In this document: one piece after another, positions 25,464 through 39,979 of the stretch
Numbering within the stretch: position 1 is the first letter of the stretch
How the letters are laid out: each line of letters begins with the position of its first letter
Assembly: GCA_951406725.2 (NCBI GenBank)
Contig: OX597834.1
Span: 37,262,001-37,326,000 of the forward strand
DNA length: 64,000 bases
Direction of reading: 5' to 3'
From: Octopus vulgaris
Taxonomy: Eukaryota
Translations under genes and position numbers: made by a program
The notes under the pieces: generated by a model
What the model was told of the DNA's origin: nothing
Seen by the model: only the letters and a program-made list of their open reading frames with translations
Databases searched by the model: none

Positions 25464-26231
25464 TCTCTATATATATAAACGGCAGTTTGTCTGTCTGTGT
25501 GGCTGTAAAGGTTGTACCCTCACCCTGACCACGGCTTTCAACCGATTCTGATGAAACTCGACACACACATAGCCCAATGTCATAATTCAAAACTAACGCA
25601 GCGAAAATTTTGAAAAGTTCCCCCAGTTCTGAAAAATATAGATAAATTCGACATGGGGTCGAGAATCAGAAACACAAACCACAGACTGTCTAGGGGACGC
25701 AACTCGACCTTTTTTAACTCTCAAAAAAAATTTACCATCATTTTTTTGCTAATTTTTGGCTATAACTCTCTAAAAATACTTTATAGTTATTTCCCTTACA
25801 AACCTGAGCAACGCCGGGCGATACTGCTAGTCTCTATATATATAAACGGCAGTTTGTCTGTCTGTGTGGCTGTAAAGGTTGTACCCTCACCCTAACCACG
25901 GCTTTCAACCGATTCTGATGAAACTTGACACACACATAGCCCAATGTCATAATTCAAAACTAATGCAGCGAAAATTTTGAAAAGTTCCCCCAGTTCTGAA
26001 AAAAATCAATAAATTCGACATGGGGTCGAGAATCTAAGCTTTTTATATGCAACACATTTTCTGTCAGGAGACAGCTAGGAACATCGTATACATAGAAGTA
26101 TTCGAGTGAAGAGAAGACATTGCAACCTACACATGCGCCTTCGTTCCCTAGAGGGAAAGAACTAGATTGGGATTAGTCGTTGCCTACTAGGGGCTCTTAC
26201 ATACCCGGGCAACGCCGGGCTATGCTGCTAG
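25464..26231 (+). mobile_element. Head-to-tail tandem of two non-autonomous Helitrons (25464-25830, 25831-26231)
   Basis: Each unit starts TCTCTATATATATAAAC and ends in a GC-rich hairpin plus CTAG; inserted between A and T with no TSD. Confidence 0.85.
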
Positions 26232-26561
26232 TATCTTATATATGTGATATTTTGGAAATACGGATTAGAGAAACAGCCGACAACTGATGAAGGGTCGTTC
26301 GTTATGTTGCTTGGCTTGTTTTCCATTTGTTTCTTTCGTTACTCTTTTACTTGTTTCAGTCATTTGACTGCGGCCATGCTGGAGCACCACCTTTAGTCGA
26401 GCAAATCGACCCGGGACTTATTCTTTTGTAAGCCCAGTACTTATTCTATCGGACTCTTTTTGCCAAACCACTAAGTGACGGGGACGTAAAGACACCAGCA
26501 TCGGTTGTCAAGCGATTGTGGGGGTACAAACACAGACACACAAACATATACACACACATAC

Positions 26562-26624
<63 letters not shown>

Positions 26625-28328
26625 TACGACAGGCTTCTTTCAGTTTCCGTCTACCAAATCCACTCACAAGGCATTGGTTGGCCCGAGACTATAGTAGAAG
26701 ACACTTGCCCAAGATGCCACGCAGTGGGACTGAACCCGGAACCATGTGGTTGGTAAGCAAGCTACTTACCACACACCCACTCCTGCGCCTAAAAAAATTG
26801 AAATTCGATGACGAGCATGAGCACCATACGAGTGTGATCGTTGACAGAGCGGCTAACTGGCTTCTGTGCCAGTGGCACATAAAAGACACCATTAAGTGTG
26901 ATTGTTACCAGCTTCGCCTTACTGGCACTTGTGCCCCGTGCTAGTAGGGTACTAAGAGCACCATCTGAGCATGATCTTTGCCAGTGCGGCTAACTGGCTT
27001 CCGTGCCAGTGGCATGTAGGAGGCACCATTGGAGCGGGATCGTTACCAGCATCGCCTTACTGGCACCTGTGCCGTCGGCATGTGTAAAACCCATCAAGAC
27101 AGTGCTCCAGCATGGCCACAGCCTAATTACTGAAACAAAAGATAAATAAAAGATACCTCCCTGAGAACTACATTAAGGGTACGCATGTCTGTGGAATACT
27201 CAACCACTTGCGAGTAGGTTGTTGTTTTAATTGAATCAACTGAAACCTTTGTTGTCGTAACAGACGGATTTCCCGGTATTGGCAGTAGTAGGAATGGTAG
27301 TGGTGGTGGTGGTGGGGGTGTTTGTGGTAGCATTTGCAAAGGTGGTGGTGGTGGTGGTGGTCAGTCATACTAATTTATTACTCAGTACAACTGTTTCCAA
27401 ACTGCAATGTGTGTGTGGGTGTTATCATTCTGAAGATTGCAGCTGCTCTCAGACTGAATTAAAAGACGCCGGAATCAAAATCTGTAATGGTCTTCTGTGT
27501 GAATTATAGAACTGTGGGAGAAAAACCAAAAACAAAATACAGGAATGTAGTGGGGGGGGGGTGTTTAGAGACTTTTACCAATTCTGTGATTTTCATGTGA
27601 TCATCGTCATCATTATCATCATCATTATTATTAGTGCAAACGAACATTTGGATATTACCAGTTAATCTAGTGTTGAAGGGGGTCAAAGTGACATTGTTTT
27701 AATTAGAACTTTGCAATGGGTTCCAGGAGAGCAATACAAATAATAATAATAATAATTGTAATAGTAATAATGATAGTGATGATGATAATGATGATGTCAA
27801 TAATAGTGAAAGGAAAAAAAAAAATATTTGTTCATTCATTAGTTTAAATTTAGTTGTGTTTATTAATTAGATGTGTTTATAATTAATGATTTTTTCAGAT
27901 TAAAGAAATAACGCAAATTAGCATTGTATGTACGCTCGCCTGTCTTTTTCTATTTGTACAATAACACCACCTCTAAAACTTCTTTATTGAGTGTGTGTGT
28001 ATGTGTGGAAAGAGAGAGAGAGATAGAGAGTTATGTTATTAATAGAAAACTATATATAAATACGGAACTATTTATATATAAATAAATGTGTGTGTGTTAG
28101 TTATATTTATTTATATTTATTAATAAAGAACTAACATATATATGTGTGTGTGTATATATGTATATATATGTGTGTGTGTATATATGTATATATATGTATG
28201 TATATATATATGTGTATATATATGTATATGTATATATATGTATATGTACATATATGTATATATATATATATATGTGTATATATATATGTGTATATATATG
28301 TGTATATATATATGTGTATATATATATT

Positions 28329-28447
<119 letters not shown>

Positions 28448-30245
28448 GTATATATATATATGTATGTATGTATATATATGTATATCATATATATATATCT
28501 GTATATATATATATGTATGTATGTATATATATGTATATCATATATATATATCTGTATATATATATATGTATGTATATATATGTATATCATATATATATAT
28601 CTGTATATATGTATGTATCATGTATTTGAATCAGATTTGGCTCCATTCAGCTTAGTTTCGCAGTCTTTGAACAGAAGTCACATGGAGCTGAATCAAGCTG
28701 TTTTAAATAATGCATGTAAATCCTTCTAAATGTGTTGAGTGCCTCTTCCTTTCATTTGTCCACTCATTTGTGTGTGTGTGTGTGTCATTATTCTTATTTC
28801 AAGATTTTTTTGCCAATAGGGAAAGAGCCGGTTGCTAACCTAGATGCAAGGCTCCTTCATTGGAACTTCCACATCATCAACAACAGGGTGTTTTTGTATG
28901 TGTGTATGTATGTAGATTTGTGTGTTTTTTATGTATGTAATCTCATGCATATAGCTGCATGCATGTATGGAGAGAGGGGGAGAGAGAGAGTACAAGAAAG
29001 AGCACTATATATTAATAGCGAGCTAGATATATAAATATACATAGAACTATGTTTATAAGTGTAAGAATCCAGGAACCCTTGTTGCAGCCTCTTTCATATT
29101 TTCAGTGTCTTCAAAACTGCCTCTAAGGTTCTCTTCAGCTTGGGGAACAACCAAAAGTCACCAGGAGCAAAGACTGGAGTCTAAGGTGGGTGTGGGACAG
29201 TTTTGGTGCCCATCTCTGTCCAGTAGTTGGTTACCAAGATGGAATTGTGGCCTAGGGCATTATCCTCCAAGCTGAATGGAAGAACTCTGGCTTTTTGTCT
29301 CAAAATCTCTTCTTAAACTATCTGTCTATCTATCTATCTATCGATCGATCGATCTATCTATCTATCTATCTATCTGTCTGTCTGTCTCTCTGTCTCTCTG
29401 TCTGTCTGTCTATCTCTCTGTCTCTCTATTTGTCTATCTGTCTATCTATCTATCTATCTCTGTGTGTGTATCTTTTTGTGTGTTGTATTTGACAACCAGT
29501 GTTGGTTTGTTTACAGCCCCATAAATTTTTGCAGTTCAGCTCCGCAGACTGATGAAATAAGCACCAGACTTTAAAAAAAAACAAGACAGAAATATGTAGT
29601 GGTGTCGATTCATTCGACTTACCACCCTTCAGGGCGATGCCCCAGCATGGCCGCAACTCAATCACCAAAACAAGTAAAAAAAAAAAGATGTAAAGCTTTT
29701 GTATTGTGCTCATCAGCAAAGTATAACCTTGAAGGCGAGAGAGGCCAATACATTTTATCAAGCCAACCAGCTGCGACATCGCCAATTTGTTTAAGTGAAT
29801 GAGGTGCTGGCGCTACTGAAAGGAATTTCAAATCTCTGGTGGACATTTACATTGCAAATCAAAGATTACGGTAGACATTAACGAACAAATAAAATGATTA
29901 AGTCAGTGAAACGCAAAATTTAAATTAAAAAAATATACACACGTATATAAAATAAAATAAAATAGAATAGAATACGGATACTACAACAACAACAACAACA
30001 ACAACAACAAAATTCTCTAGAAAAGTGTTTGATGGCGGTGGTGGTGGTTGTGGTGGTGGTGAAAGTAAATCTCTAAAGTGGTTGAGTTAACACCAACCTT
30101 TGATATTGATCAATATTTTGAAAAGTATCATTGGGAAATTAGTCTCGATTGGGGAAAAGAAAGGGGAGGGGGAAAAAAATTTAAAAAAGAAAAAGAGAAA
30201 AAGAAAATTTCAGCATTTTAAAAAGTAAAATAAAACAATTTAAGG

Positions 30246-30289
<44 letters not shown>

Positions 30290-30299
30290 GCACTCTCTC

Positions 30300-30597
30300 G
30301 TACATATGCGCATGCACGTTCACACACACACACACACACTCTCAAACATACTCACGTACGATCTCCCTAACATAGATACTCACGCAATCCCTCTCTCTCC
30401 CTCTCACACGCAATCTATCTCTGTGTGTCTCTTCCTCTTTCTCTCTCTCTCTCTCTCCCTCATACACACAATCTATCTCTGTCTCTTTCCCTTTCTCTCT
30501 CTCTCACACAATCTCCCTCTCTCTATCTCTGTCACTTTCCCTTCCTCTCCCTCTCTCTTTTTCTCATATATGCAATCTATCTCTCTTTCACACACAT

Positions 30598-30649
<52 letters not shown>

Positions 30650-31182
30650 CTTCATATATTCAATTTGTCTCTTTCTCTCTCTCACAATTTCTCTCTCCCT
30701 CTCTCTCTCTCTCCTTCATATATTCAATTTGTCTCTTTCTCTCTCTCACAATTTCTCTCTCCCTCTCTCTCTCTCTCCTTCATATATTCAATTTGTCTCT
30801 TTCTCTCTCTCACAATTTCTCTCTCCCTCTCTCTCTCTCCTTCATAGTCGTACATGATCTTTCACACTCTCTCACATGCTCTCTGTCTCACACATAACTT
30901 TTCTCTCCCTCTGTCTCTCTCTCTTTTCTATACATACACTCTCTACATCTGTCTCACATATACACACACAATTTCTCTCTCTCTCTCTCTCTCTCTCTCT
31001 GACACACACTCATACACAGTCACTTTATCTCCCACACACAAATTCCTCTCTTTTTCTCCCCTCTCTCTCTCACTTGCACACACAATCTCTCTCTCTCATA
31101 CACAGTTCCTTTCTCTCACACAATGTCTCTCTCTTCCTCTCCATCTCTCTGTCATACACTTACAATCTTTCTCTCTCTCTCT

Positions 31183-31214
<32 letters not shown>

Positions 31215-32040
31215 CACATACATGCATGTGCACACACTGATACACAATCTCTCTCACTCTTTCTCTCTCTCTCTATATATATATATATATCATATACACG
31301 CACATACACACACTGATACACAATCTCTCTTGCACACTCACACGATCTCTCCACCCCCTGCACAAACGTGATCTTTCTTTCTCTCACACACAGTTTGTTT
31401 CTCTTTCTCTCCCTCCCTCATTCTTCCTCTCTTTCTCACTCTTCCTCCCCTCTCTCTCTTCTTACCTCTCTCACTCTTCCTCTCTCTCGCTCTTCCCATC
31501 TCTCTCTCGCTCTTCCCGTCTCTCTCTCTCTCACTCTTCCCGTCTCTCTCTCTCTCTCTCGCTCTTCCCGTCTCTCTCTCTCGCTCTTCCCGTCTCTCTC
31601 GCTCTTCCTGTCTCTCTCTCTCTCTCGCTGTCTCTCTCTCTCTCTTGCTGTCTCTCTCTCACTCTTCCTCTCTCTCTCTTTCTCTCTCTCTCTCGCTGTC
31701 TCTCTCGCTTTTCCCGTCTCTCTTTCTCTCTCTCGCTCTTCCTGTCTCTCTCTCTCTCTCTCTTCCTGTCTCTCTCTCTCTCTCTTCCTGTTTCTCTCTC
31801 TCTCTTCCTGTTTCTCTCTCTCTCTCTTGCTGTCTCTCACTCTTCCTCTCTCACTCTTCCTCTCTATCTCTCTCTCTTCCTGTCTCTCTCTGTCTCTCTC
31901 TCTCTTGCTGTCTTTCTCTCGCTCTTCCTGTTTCTCACACAGAAGCTTCCATACTCCTGCAAATTGTCACTTCCTCCCCTCCTCTCTCTCTCTCTCTCTC
32001 TTCCTCTCTCTATTTATCTCTCTATCTCTTTCACATACAT
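30300..32040. repeat. CT-rich polypyrimidine tract with internal ~62-bp and ~22-bp tandem units
   Basis: CCTTCATATATTCAATTTGTCTCTTTCTCTCTCTCACAATTTCTCTC x3 at 30649-30845; (CTCTTCCTGTCTCTCTCT)-like units from about 31480. Confidence 0.9.
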
Positions 32041-32424
32041 CTTTCTAGAAGAAAAGGAGAAAAAAAAAGAGAGAAGCAGAAAGGTTAAGAGAAAGAAACC
32101 AAATTCTGAAATGAAAATTAAACAAAAAAATCTCAGACAACCATAACAACAACAACCACAACCAAAGCGAAAACCAAAATAAATAATAATAATAATAATA
32201 ATAGTGTTTTTGGAGTTGAGAAATTTTGAGCGGGAAGTTATCAGAAAAGTCAGAGTAGAAGTAACCTCTTTATTTCTAAAACATTCCCAGAACGTCTAAT
32301 TGAGCCATTCGTTAAAAGAACAATTAAAAAGAAAAAGAAAAAAAGAAAAAAAAGAGAGGTGGTGGGCGGGGGGAAATGGGAAATAAACAACAATATAAAT
32401 AAATATAAAGTAAGAGGGTGTTTG

Positions 32425-33000
32425 CATGGTTGTAGTGGTGGTGATGGTATGTTCTGGTGGTGATAATTGTGGTGGAAGTGGTGGTAGAAGTCGTAGTTGA
32501 TGGTGGTGAGGGTGGTGGCTACAGTGTAGTGGTGAGGGTGGTGGCTACAGTGTAGTGGTGATGGTAGTTGAGATGGTGGTGGTATGTTGCGGTGGTTGTT
32601 GTGGTAGTCATGATAATTGTAGTTGTGGTGGTAGTAGTTGTTGATGGTAGTGAGTGTGATGGTGGGTGGTGGTGGTGGTTGATGATGGTGATGTTTGTGG
32701 TGTGAGGATGGTAGTGGTGATGGTAGAGATGGTGGTAGTGGTAATGTTGATAGTTGTGATGGCGGTGGTGTTGATGATGGTGATGGTGGTGGTTGTGGTA
32801 GCAGTGATGGTGATGATAATTACGGTGGTGTTTATGGAGGTATGTTGTGGTAATGATAGTGATAGTGATGGTAGCAGTAGTTATGGCAATGGTTGTAGTG
32901 GTAGTCGAAATAATGGTGGTTGTGGAGGTACGTTGTGGCAATGATAGTAGTGGTAGTGATGGTAGCAGAGGCTACGGTAGTGGTGGTGGTGTATGACGGG
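32425..33000. repeat. Degenerate (GGT/GAT/AGT)n trinucleotide tract
   Basis: Direct inspection; similar tracts at 1-100 and 57000-57490. Confidence 0.85.
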
Positions 33001-33084
33001 AAGTCATAACTTTGTAATAACGGTGCGTGTTGGTTGTAGTGTTACTATAATAATAATAATAAGAGCAACGGTGTTCTGATGATA

Positions 33085-33298
33085 CTCTTTACTCTTTTAC
33101 TTGTTTCAGTCATTTGACTGCGGCCATGCTGGAGCACCGCCTTTAGTCGAGCAAATCGACCCCAGGACTTATTCTTTGTAGGCCCAGTACTTATTCTATT
33201 GGTCTCTTTTGCCGAACCGCTAAGTGACGGGGACATAAACACACCAGCATCGGTTGTCAAGCAATGCTAGGGGGACAAACACAGACACACAAACATAT

Positions 33299-33356
<58 letters not shown>

Positions 33357-33519
33357 GACAGGCTTCTTTCAGTTTCTGTCTACCAAATCCACTCACAAGG
33401 CATTGGTCGGCCCGGGGCTATAGCAGAAGGCACTTGCCCAAGATGCCACGCAGTGGGACTGAACCCGGAACCATGTGGTTGGTAAGCAAGCTACTTACCA
33501 CACAGCCACTCCTGCGCCT
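33085..33519 (-). mobile_element. SINE family A copy
   Basis: Full-length consensus match. Confidence 0.85.
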
Positions 33520-33740
33520 ATGATGTGGTTAATGAGGTAGTGTTGGTGTTGCTGTAGTTAATGTTGTGGTGGTAGTAGTGTTGATGTGATTGTTGTTGTT
33601 GTGGTATTGGTCACAGTGGTGTTATGACTTGTTAGTAGCGGTATTTGATCATTATAAACAAATCACCTGTGTAGATTGTTCATCTTTCTCGGACTTGTAA
33701 GACAAGAGAAAAGATGTTTTTGTAACTTTTCTTTTTTCCT

Positions 33741-34405
33741 AGGCGCAGGAGTGGCTGTGTGGTAAGTAGCTTACTAACCAACCACATGGTTCTGGGTTCA
33801 GTCCCACTGCGTGGCATCTTGGACAAGTGTCTTCTGCTATAGCCCCGGGCCGACCAAAGCCTTGTGAGTGGATTTGGTAGACAGAAACTGAAAGAAGCCT
33901 GTCGTATATATATATATATTGCCAGCCTCACCTGGCCCTCGTGCCGGTGGCACATAAAAAGCACCATCCGTTCGTGGCCGTTTGCCAGCTCTGTCTGGCA
34001 CCTGTGCGGGTGGCACGTAAAAAGCACCCACTACACTCTTGGAGTGGTTGGCGTTAGGAAGGGCATCCAGCCGTAGAAACACTGCCAGATTTGACTGGGC
34101 CTGATGAAGCCTTCTGGTTTCACAGACCCCAGTAGAACCGTCCAACCCATGCTAGCATGGAAAACGGACGTTAAACGATGATGATGATGATGTGTGTGTG
34201 TTTGTTCCCCTAGCATTGCTTGACAACCGATGCTGGTGTGTTTACGTCCCCGTCACTTAGCGGTTCGGCAAAAAGAGACCGATAGAATAAGTACTGGGCT
34301 TACAAAAAGAATAAGTCCCGGAGTCGAGTGTCTCCACTAAAAAGGCGGTGCTCCAGCATGGCCGCAGTGAAATGACTGAAACAAGTAAAAGAGTAAAAGA
34401 GAAAA
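33741..34405 (+). mobile_element. SINE family A copy with a family C element nested at about 33920-34192
   Basis: 5' half stops at the (TA)n tract; 3' half resumes after the (GAT)n tail of the nested element. Confidence 0.8.
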
Positions 34406-36307
34406 GAGTAAGGATGTTCAGGATCATCATTTAACGTCTGCCTTCCATGCTGGCATGGGTTGGACGGTTTGTCATGAGCTGGCCAGGTAGAAGACTTCAC
34501 CAGGCTACTGTATCTGTTGCAGGGTTTTTACCGCTGGATGCCCTTCCTAAAACCAACCACTCCATAGAATAGACTGATAGCTGTTTAGGTGGCGCCAGCG
34601 CAGGTGAGGTCAATTTTGGCATGGTTTTTACAGCTGGATGCCCTTCCAAATGTCAACCACATCACAGTCTGGACTGGATGCTTTTTACGTGGCACCAGCA
34701 CTAGTGGGGTCACCAACTAACTTGTAAGAGAAGGAATTTTGAGAGGGGAGGAGGCATTGGAGGAGGGGATTTTGTGTTGGTTTATATAATGGCAGGATAA
34801 TTAGGCGAGTGTAGGTTATGGGGTAGGTGGTAGGTTTATGGAGTAGGGGTGGAATTTAATTAGAAGATGAGTATAGGTTATGGGGTGGGTTATTAGGGTC
34901 TTAGTACAGCTTATGGTTAAGGGAAGAAGTATTTTGAGTGTAGCTCGATATACTGAGTGGAGGTGGAGATGGGGTGTAATTAGAGAGTGAGTGTAGTCCG
35001 TGGTAGTGGTGGTGTATGAGTGTTTGAGTACAGATTATGGGTGAGGGAAGAAACATTTAGTGTTGCTCAATATCCTAAGTGGAGTGCAGGTTATGGTATG
35101 GAGGAATAATTAGAGGATGAATGTAGGTTATGTTTGAGGGGAAGCACTATTCAGAGGGTATCTCGATAAATTGTAGTGTAGGCAGTGGAAGGATATTTAG
35201 AGAGTTGAGTGTTGGTTGTAGTTGGAGAAGGGAGTATCCAGATGGTGATCTGTATTATGTAGAGTGCAGATTACAGCAATGGGTCACAGAGTTTAATCTC
35301 TTCTCTTAATTAGTCAGATAGTTCCATAGTTTGTTAATTTTAAATTTCGTTAATAATTAGAAAATGTATTTATGGTGTTAATTTTTTTGTTACTTTTTTC
35401 ATTATAAATATAATTATTTAAATAAAGATAGTTTTTTTTTTTTCTATTTTTCTGTGAATAATTATTTATTTATTAAAGATAGAATTCTGTCTACTTAAGT
35501 AAAGGAAAAAGAAAAGAGATAGATTTAGTTTCCTTGTTCTTTTCCTAATATTGATTTTAACAAGTATTTTAGTATTTTTCTGTGAATATTTCTAATTAGT
35601 TTGGTTTTGTAATAATCTTGTAAAAACAAACACATAACTTGCTCTTGTGAATGCATAGTAAGTCATCTTTAATTGATCATGTATGTCTGGCCAACACAAC
35701 TATTATTGCAATATTGACACTTTTCATTTTTTAAGTGTAAATTTATAAATTAGACTTGTAATACACAGGATCCCGACAGACCTGAATGTCAGTGACCTGA
35801 AGGTTGTTGCCCTCAGGGCTGGATTAAGACCCACAGAGGCCCAAAGTACTTAAAAAGAATTTGGTGCCCCCCTATATATATATATAATTCAAAATATAAA
35901 CAACACTAAACCATAAAATACATTTTTATTTTTCAAACGGAAACAAAACTAATAGTAACATGGAAGATGTTTCTTTTTTTTCGTATAGTCCCACTTTATT
36001 TATATTTCAAAAGTTTTCTCCTTTTTCATAATTGCAAAGTCTTTCATCAGATCCTCACTATGATACCGTGAACACTTTGAAGTTATATTTCCAATCATAT
36101 AAACCACTTCAAATATTTTAGTGAGTTTAACACTTTACCATTTAGCTTGGCTGTAGGGTAAGAAGCATGCTTCCTAACCACATGGTTCTGGGTTCAGTAC
36201 CACTGCATGGCACTTTGGGCAAGTGTCTTTGTCTTTTACTATAGCCTCGAGCCAACCAAATCTTTGTGAGTGGATTTGGTAGACAGTAACTGAAAGAAGC
36301 CTATATA

Positions 36308-36347
<40 letters not shown>

Positions 36348-38931
36348 TATCTATCTATCTATATATATATATCTATATCTATCTATCTATCTATATATAT
36401 ATCTATCTATCTATATCTATCTATCTATCTATATATATATCTATCTATCTATCTATATATATCTATATCTATCTATCTATCTATATATATCTATATCTAT
36501 CTATCTATATATCTATCTATCTATATCTATCTATCTATCTATCTATTTATATCTATCTATTTCTGTCTACCAAATCCACTCACATATGTGTGTGTGTCTG
36601 TGTTTGTCCTCCCATCATCGCTTGACAGCTGATGTTGGTGTGTTTACATCCTGTAACTTAGCGGTTCAGCAAAAGAGACTGATAGAGTACTAGGCTTACA
36701 AAGAATAAGGCTTAGGGTCGATTTCTCCAGCATGGCTGCAGTCAAACGACTGAAACAAATAAAAGAATAAAATGTTATGCTCTTTCATTCACATTTGATT
36801 TTTAATCGGTCATGCGTTGTCTTTGTAGCATTGAAATTACGATGATGTGATATTAAAACTGATAACAGCTTTGAAGGGTAGGTTTGATTGGGTGGCTAGA
36901 CTATAAAACGGGTAGCATATTTGGGCCAGATATGGCCAGTCTAAACACCAAAGTGTTAAAGGGATTTCTTTTGTGCCATAGACCATTTACCATTTCTGTA
37001 ATGCCCCACTCCACTTGATACCCTGAGCCCATACTTATTACGTTTAATGGTTAATCCAGCACTGGTTGCCAAGTTTAATACTGTCACCTGGTTCTTCAGT
37101 GCCTTTATCGATTCTCTTTTCCTATTTTCCTTTCATCCATTTCAAAGATTTGGTATAATAGCAGTTTGGTGAGAATTAGTACAGTGTACAGCAGTGGTTC
37201 TCAACTGGGATCTGTATGGCCCTTAGGGTCTCCATAAGATTTTGTCATTAAAATCTATCTGCAATTTATCTATGCAAATTGTAAATCTGAGGTGATTCAC
37301 CAACCACTCTTGGTGCATCTGTCCCAGAGTACAAAAGCAATCACATGTAGAAGTAGTGGTGTTGTTGTATAAGTTTATATTCTTGGTTTTAATCATTTCA
37401 AATGGCTGGAAGAATGATTTCTTCACAGCACACATTGATTTGTGTGAATAAATTTATGTAAATTCATAGAAAAATTAATCAGTTGATTAATGAAATGCTT
37501 TGCCTTCCAGCTTCTTGTCAAACTTTTAAATTATTTCTGGTATCTTTTTAAAGTTTCCAACAAACTTTAAAAAACGGTTCGGGCATGGCTGTGTGGTAAG
37601 TAGCTTGCTTCCCAACCACATGGTTCTGGGTTCAGTCTCACTGCATGGTACCTTGGGCACTAGTCCTTTTACTATAACCTTAGGCCAACCAAAGCTTTTT
37701 GAGTGGATTTGGTAGACGGAAACTGAAAGAAGCCTTTCATATGTTATCTGAAGTGTACAGTATTATATATCCATTATGGCCAGTCTTACCAATTAGTTTC
37801 ATGCTAAGGCATCAATGGAGTGTCAGGTAACAACCCAGCTACATAACCCTACGCTCATCAGGAGTAGCCAATATGGAATGAAATATAGCATACTCTGTAA
37901 GGTGGTTAGTGTAAGAAGGGCATCCAGCTGTAAAAACCCTGTCAAAACAGGGAAGCCTGTTGCAACCTTCTACCAAACCAGCCCCTGTCAAACCATCCAA
38001 CTCATGCCAGCCTAGAAAATAGACATCAAATGTTGTTGTATTTTGGGATGGTCATTTTATTTTTACCAAATATTTTATTTTAATTTGTGTTCATTTCCCA
38101 GTAACTCTTTAGCAAAAATGTGTCGATTGTAATGGTGCTTACTTTGATGAATAAAATTTCTGCATTGTTGAAATATATTTTGATGAATTTCATGTTTCAA
38201 AATATTGCTTACTTTTTACTCAACCTGATATATATATATATATATATATATCTGTATCTGTATGGAGGTGGGAGACTTTGTGTTTGTGTTTTTCAGCCCC
38301 ACTACACTGCTTGACAGCTGGTGTGTCTCTACATCCATGCAAGCTAGCAGTTTGGCAAAAGAGACCAATTTAATAAGTATTAGGTTTTTTAAAAAAAAAG
38401 TTCTAGCATCAATTTTTCAACTAAAATTCTTCAAGGCAGTGCCCCAGCATAGCCACAGTCTAATGACTGCAACAAGTAGAAGATAAAAGATTAAGGACAA
38501 ACAATTATTCTCCTATCGAGATAATCCAGTCGATGGAGAAAATAGACCTCAAGGAAATAATTTGCTAATCAGTTATCTATAATCTTCATCTGTTCAATTA
38601 CCTTGTTTTGAAAATGTTTGATATTTAGAACTCTGCTACTGCGCCATTCCACCTCCACCTATGTTTGGAAACTCTAAAAAATCTACCATAATGACCACAT
38701 TAAAGTCTAATGAGAATGGTTGAGAGCAACTTATTTCGCCAATTAATTGATTGATTAATTAATTTATTAATTAATTAATTGACTGATTGATTATTGTTTG
38801 GATTTACATAAATATATATGTAGAAACCAATATGTGTATGGACCAAATAGTTCTTCCAGCCATTTAAAATGATCAAAACCTGGAATAAATATGTACCAAC
38901 ACCATTTTCTTGTCTGATATATGTGTGTATA

Positions 38932-38984
<53 letters not shown>

Positions 38985-39276
38985 ATAAACTGATATACAC
39001 ATGTGTACTCATATACATTTTATGTATATTCATATGTATGTGCATATATATATATATAATTGCATGTTGTGTTAGTGCATGCATATATATATATACACAC
39101 ACATACACACTTGTGTATATATATATATATATATATACACACGTATATATAGATATATGTATATGTAAAAGCACACACATCACACTCATATCTACATTGT
39201 ATTTGGGTGTGTGTATATATATATATATGCATATTCATGTATAAAATTGCCTATATGCCTCTGCATACATACATAT

Positions 39277-39318
<42 letters not shown>

Positions 39319-39979
39319 GAAAGAGAGAGGAGACAGACAGACAAAGAGAGAGGTAGAAAAGATGGAGAGATATTTTTGATAAACACCATTGGAAACATAT
39401 TTGTAAAAATAATATATTCATATTTTCTACAATGTACGTGATATAATCAGGAAATCTTGGTTTTATATCTCACAGAAAGCAATTTCACCGTTCCTTCATC
39501 ATATTCCATCTCACTGCTCTTTTATGCACGTTTACCATTCCAAACACTGACACCATTACCGCTGCCACCACCACCACCACCACCACTATCCCCACCACCC
39601 CCATCTCTACCTTCTCCTTTTCTTTCAATTTTGTGTATTTTCCATTTTTATTTTTTCGGAGGTGGTGGAGTGTACTGGTGGTGGTTATATGGGGTGGGGG
39701 TGGGGGGTAGAGGCTAGGGGGTGGGGGGTAGAGGCTAGGGGGTGGGTTGCGATTCCTCAGTTGTTTTAGTCTTTTCCTTATTTAGAAGATGGTGGGGAGG
39801 TGGGGTATATATTTTGGGTCAAATGGTGGTTAAAGATATATATATACACACACACATATATATATATACACACACATATATATACATATATATTTGTTTG
39901 TGTGGTTTTTATTGTTTTTTCTTGTTGCTCTTCTTGTTTCTTCAACACCCCACCCCACCCCACATCACCAGCCATCCGC

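Noticed and set aside
32519-32944. His/Thr-rich and Val/Met-rich ORFs
   Set aside because: Degenerate trinucleotide repeat
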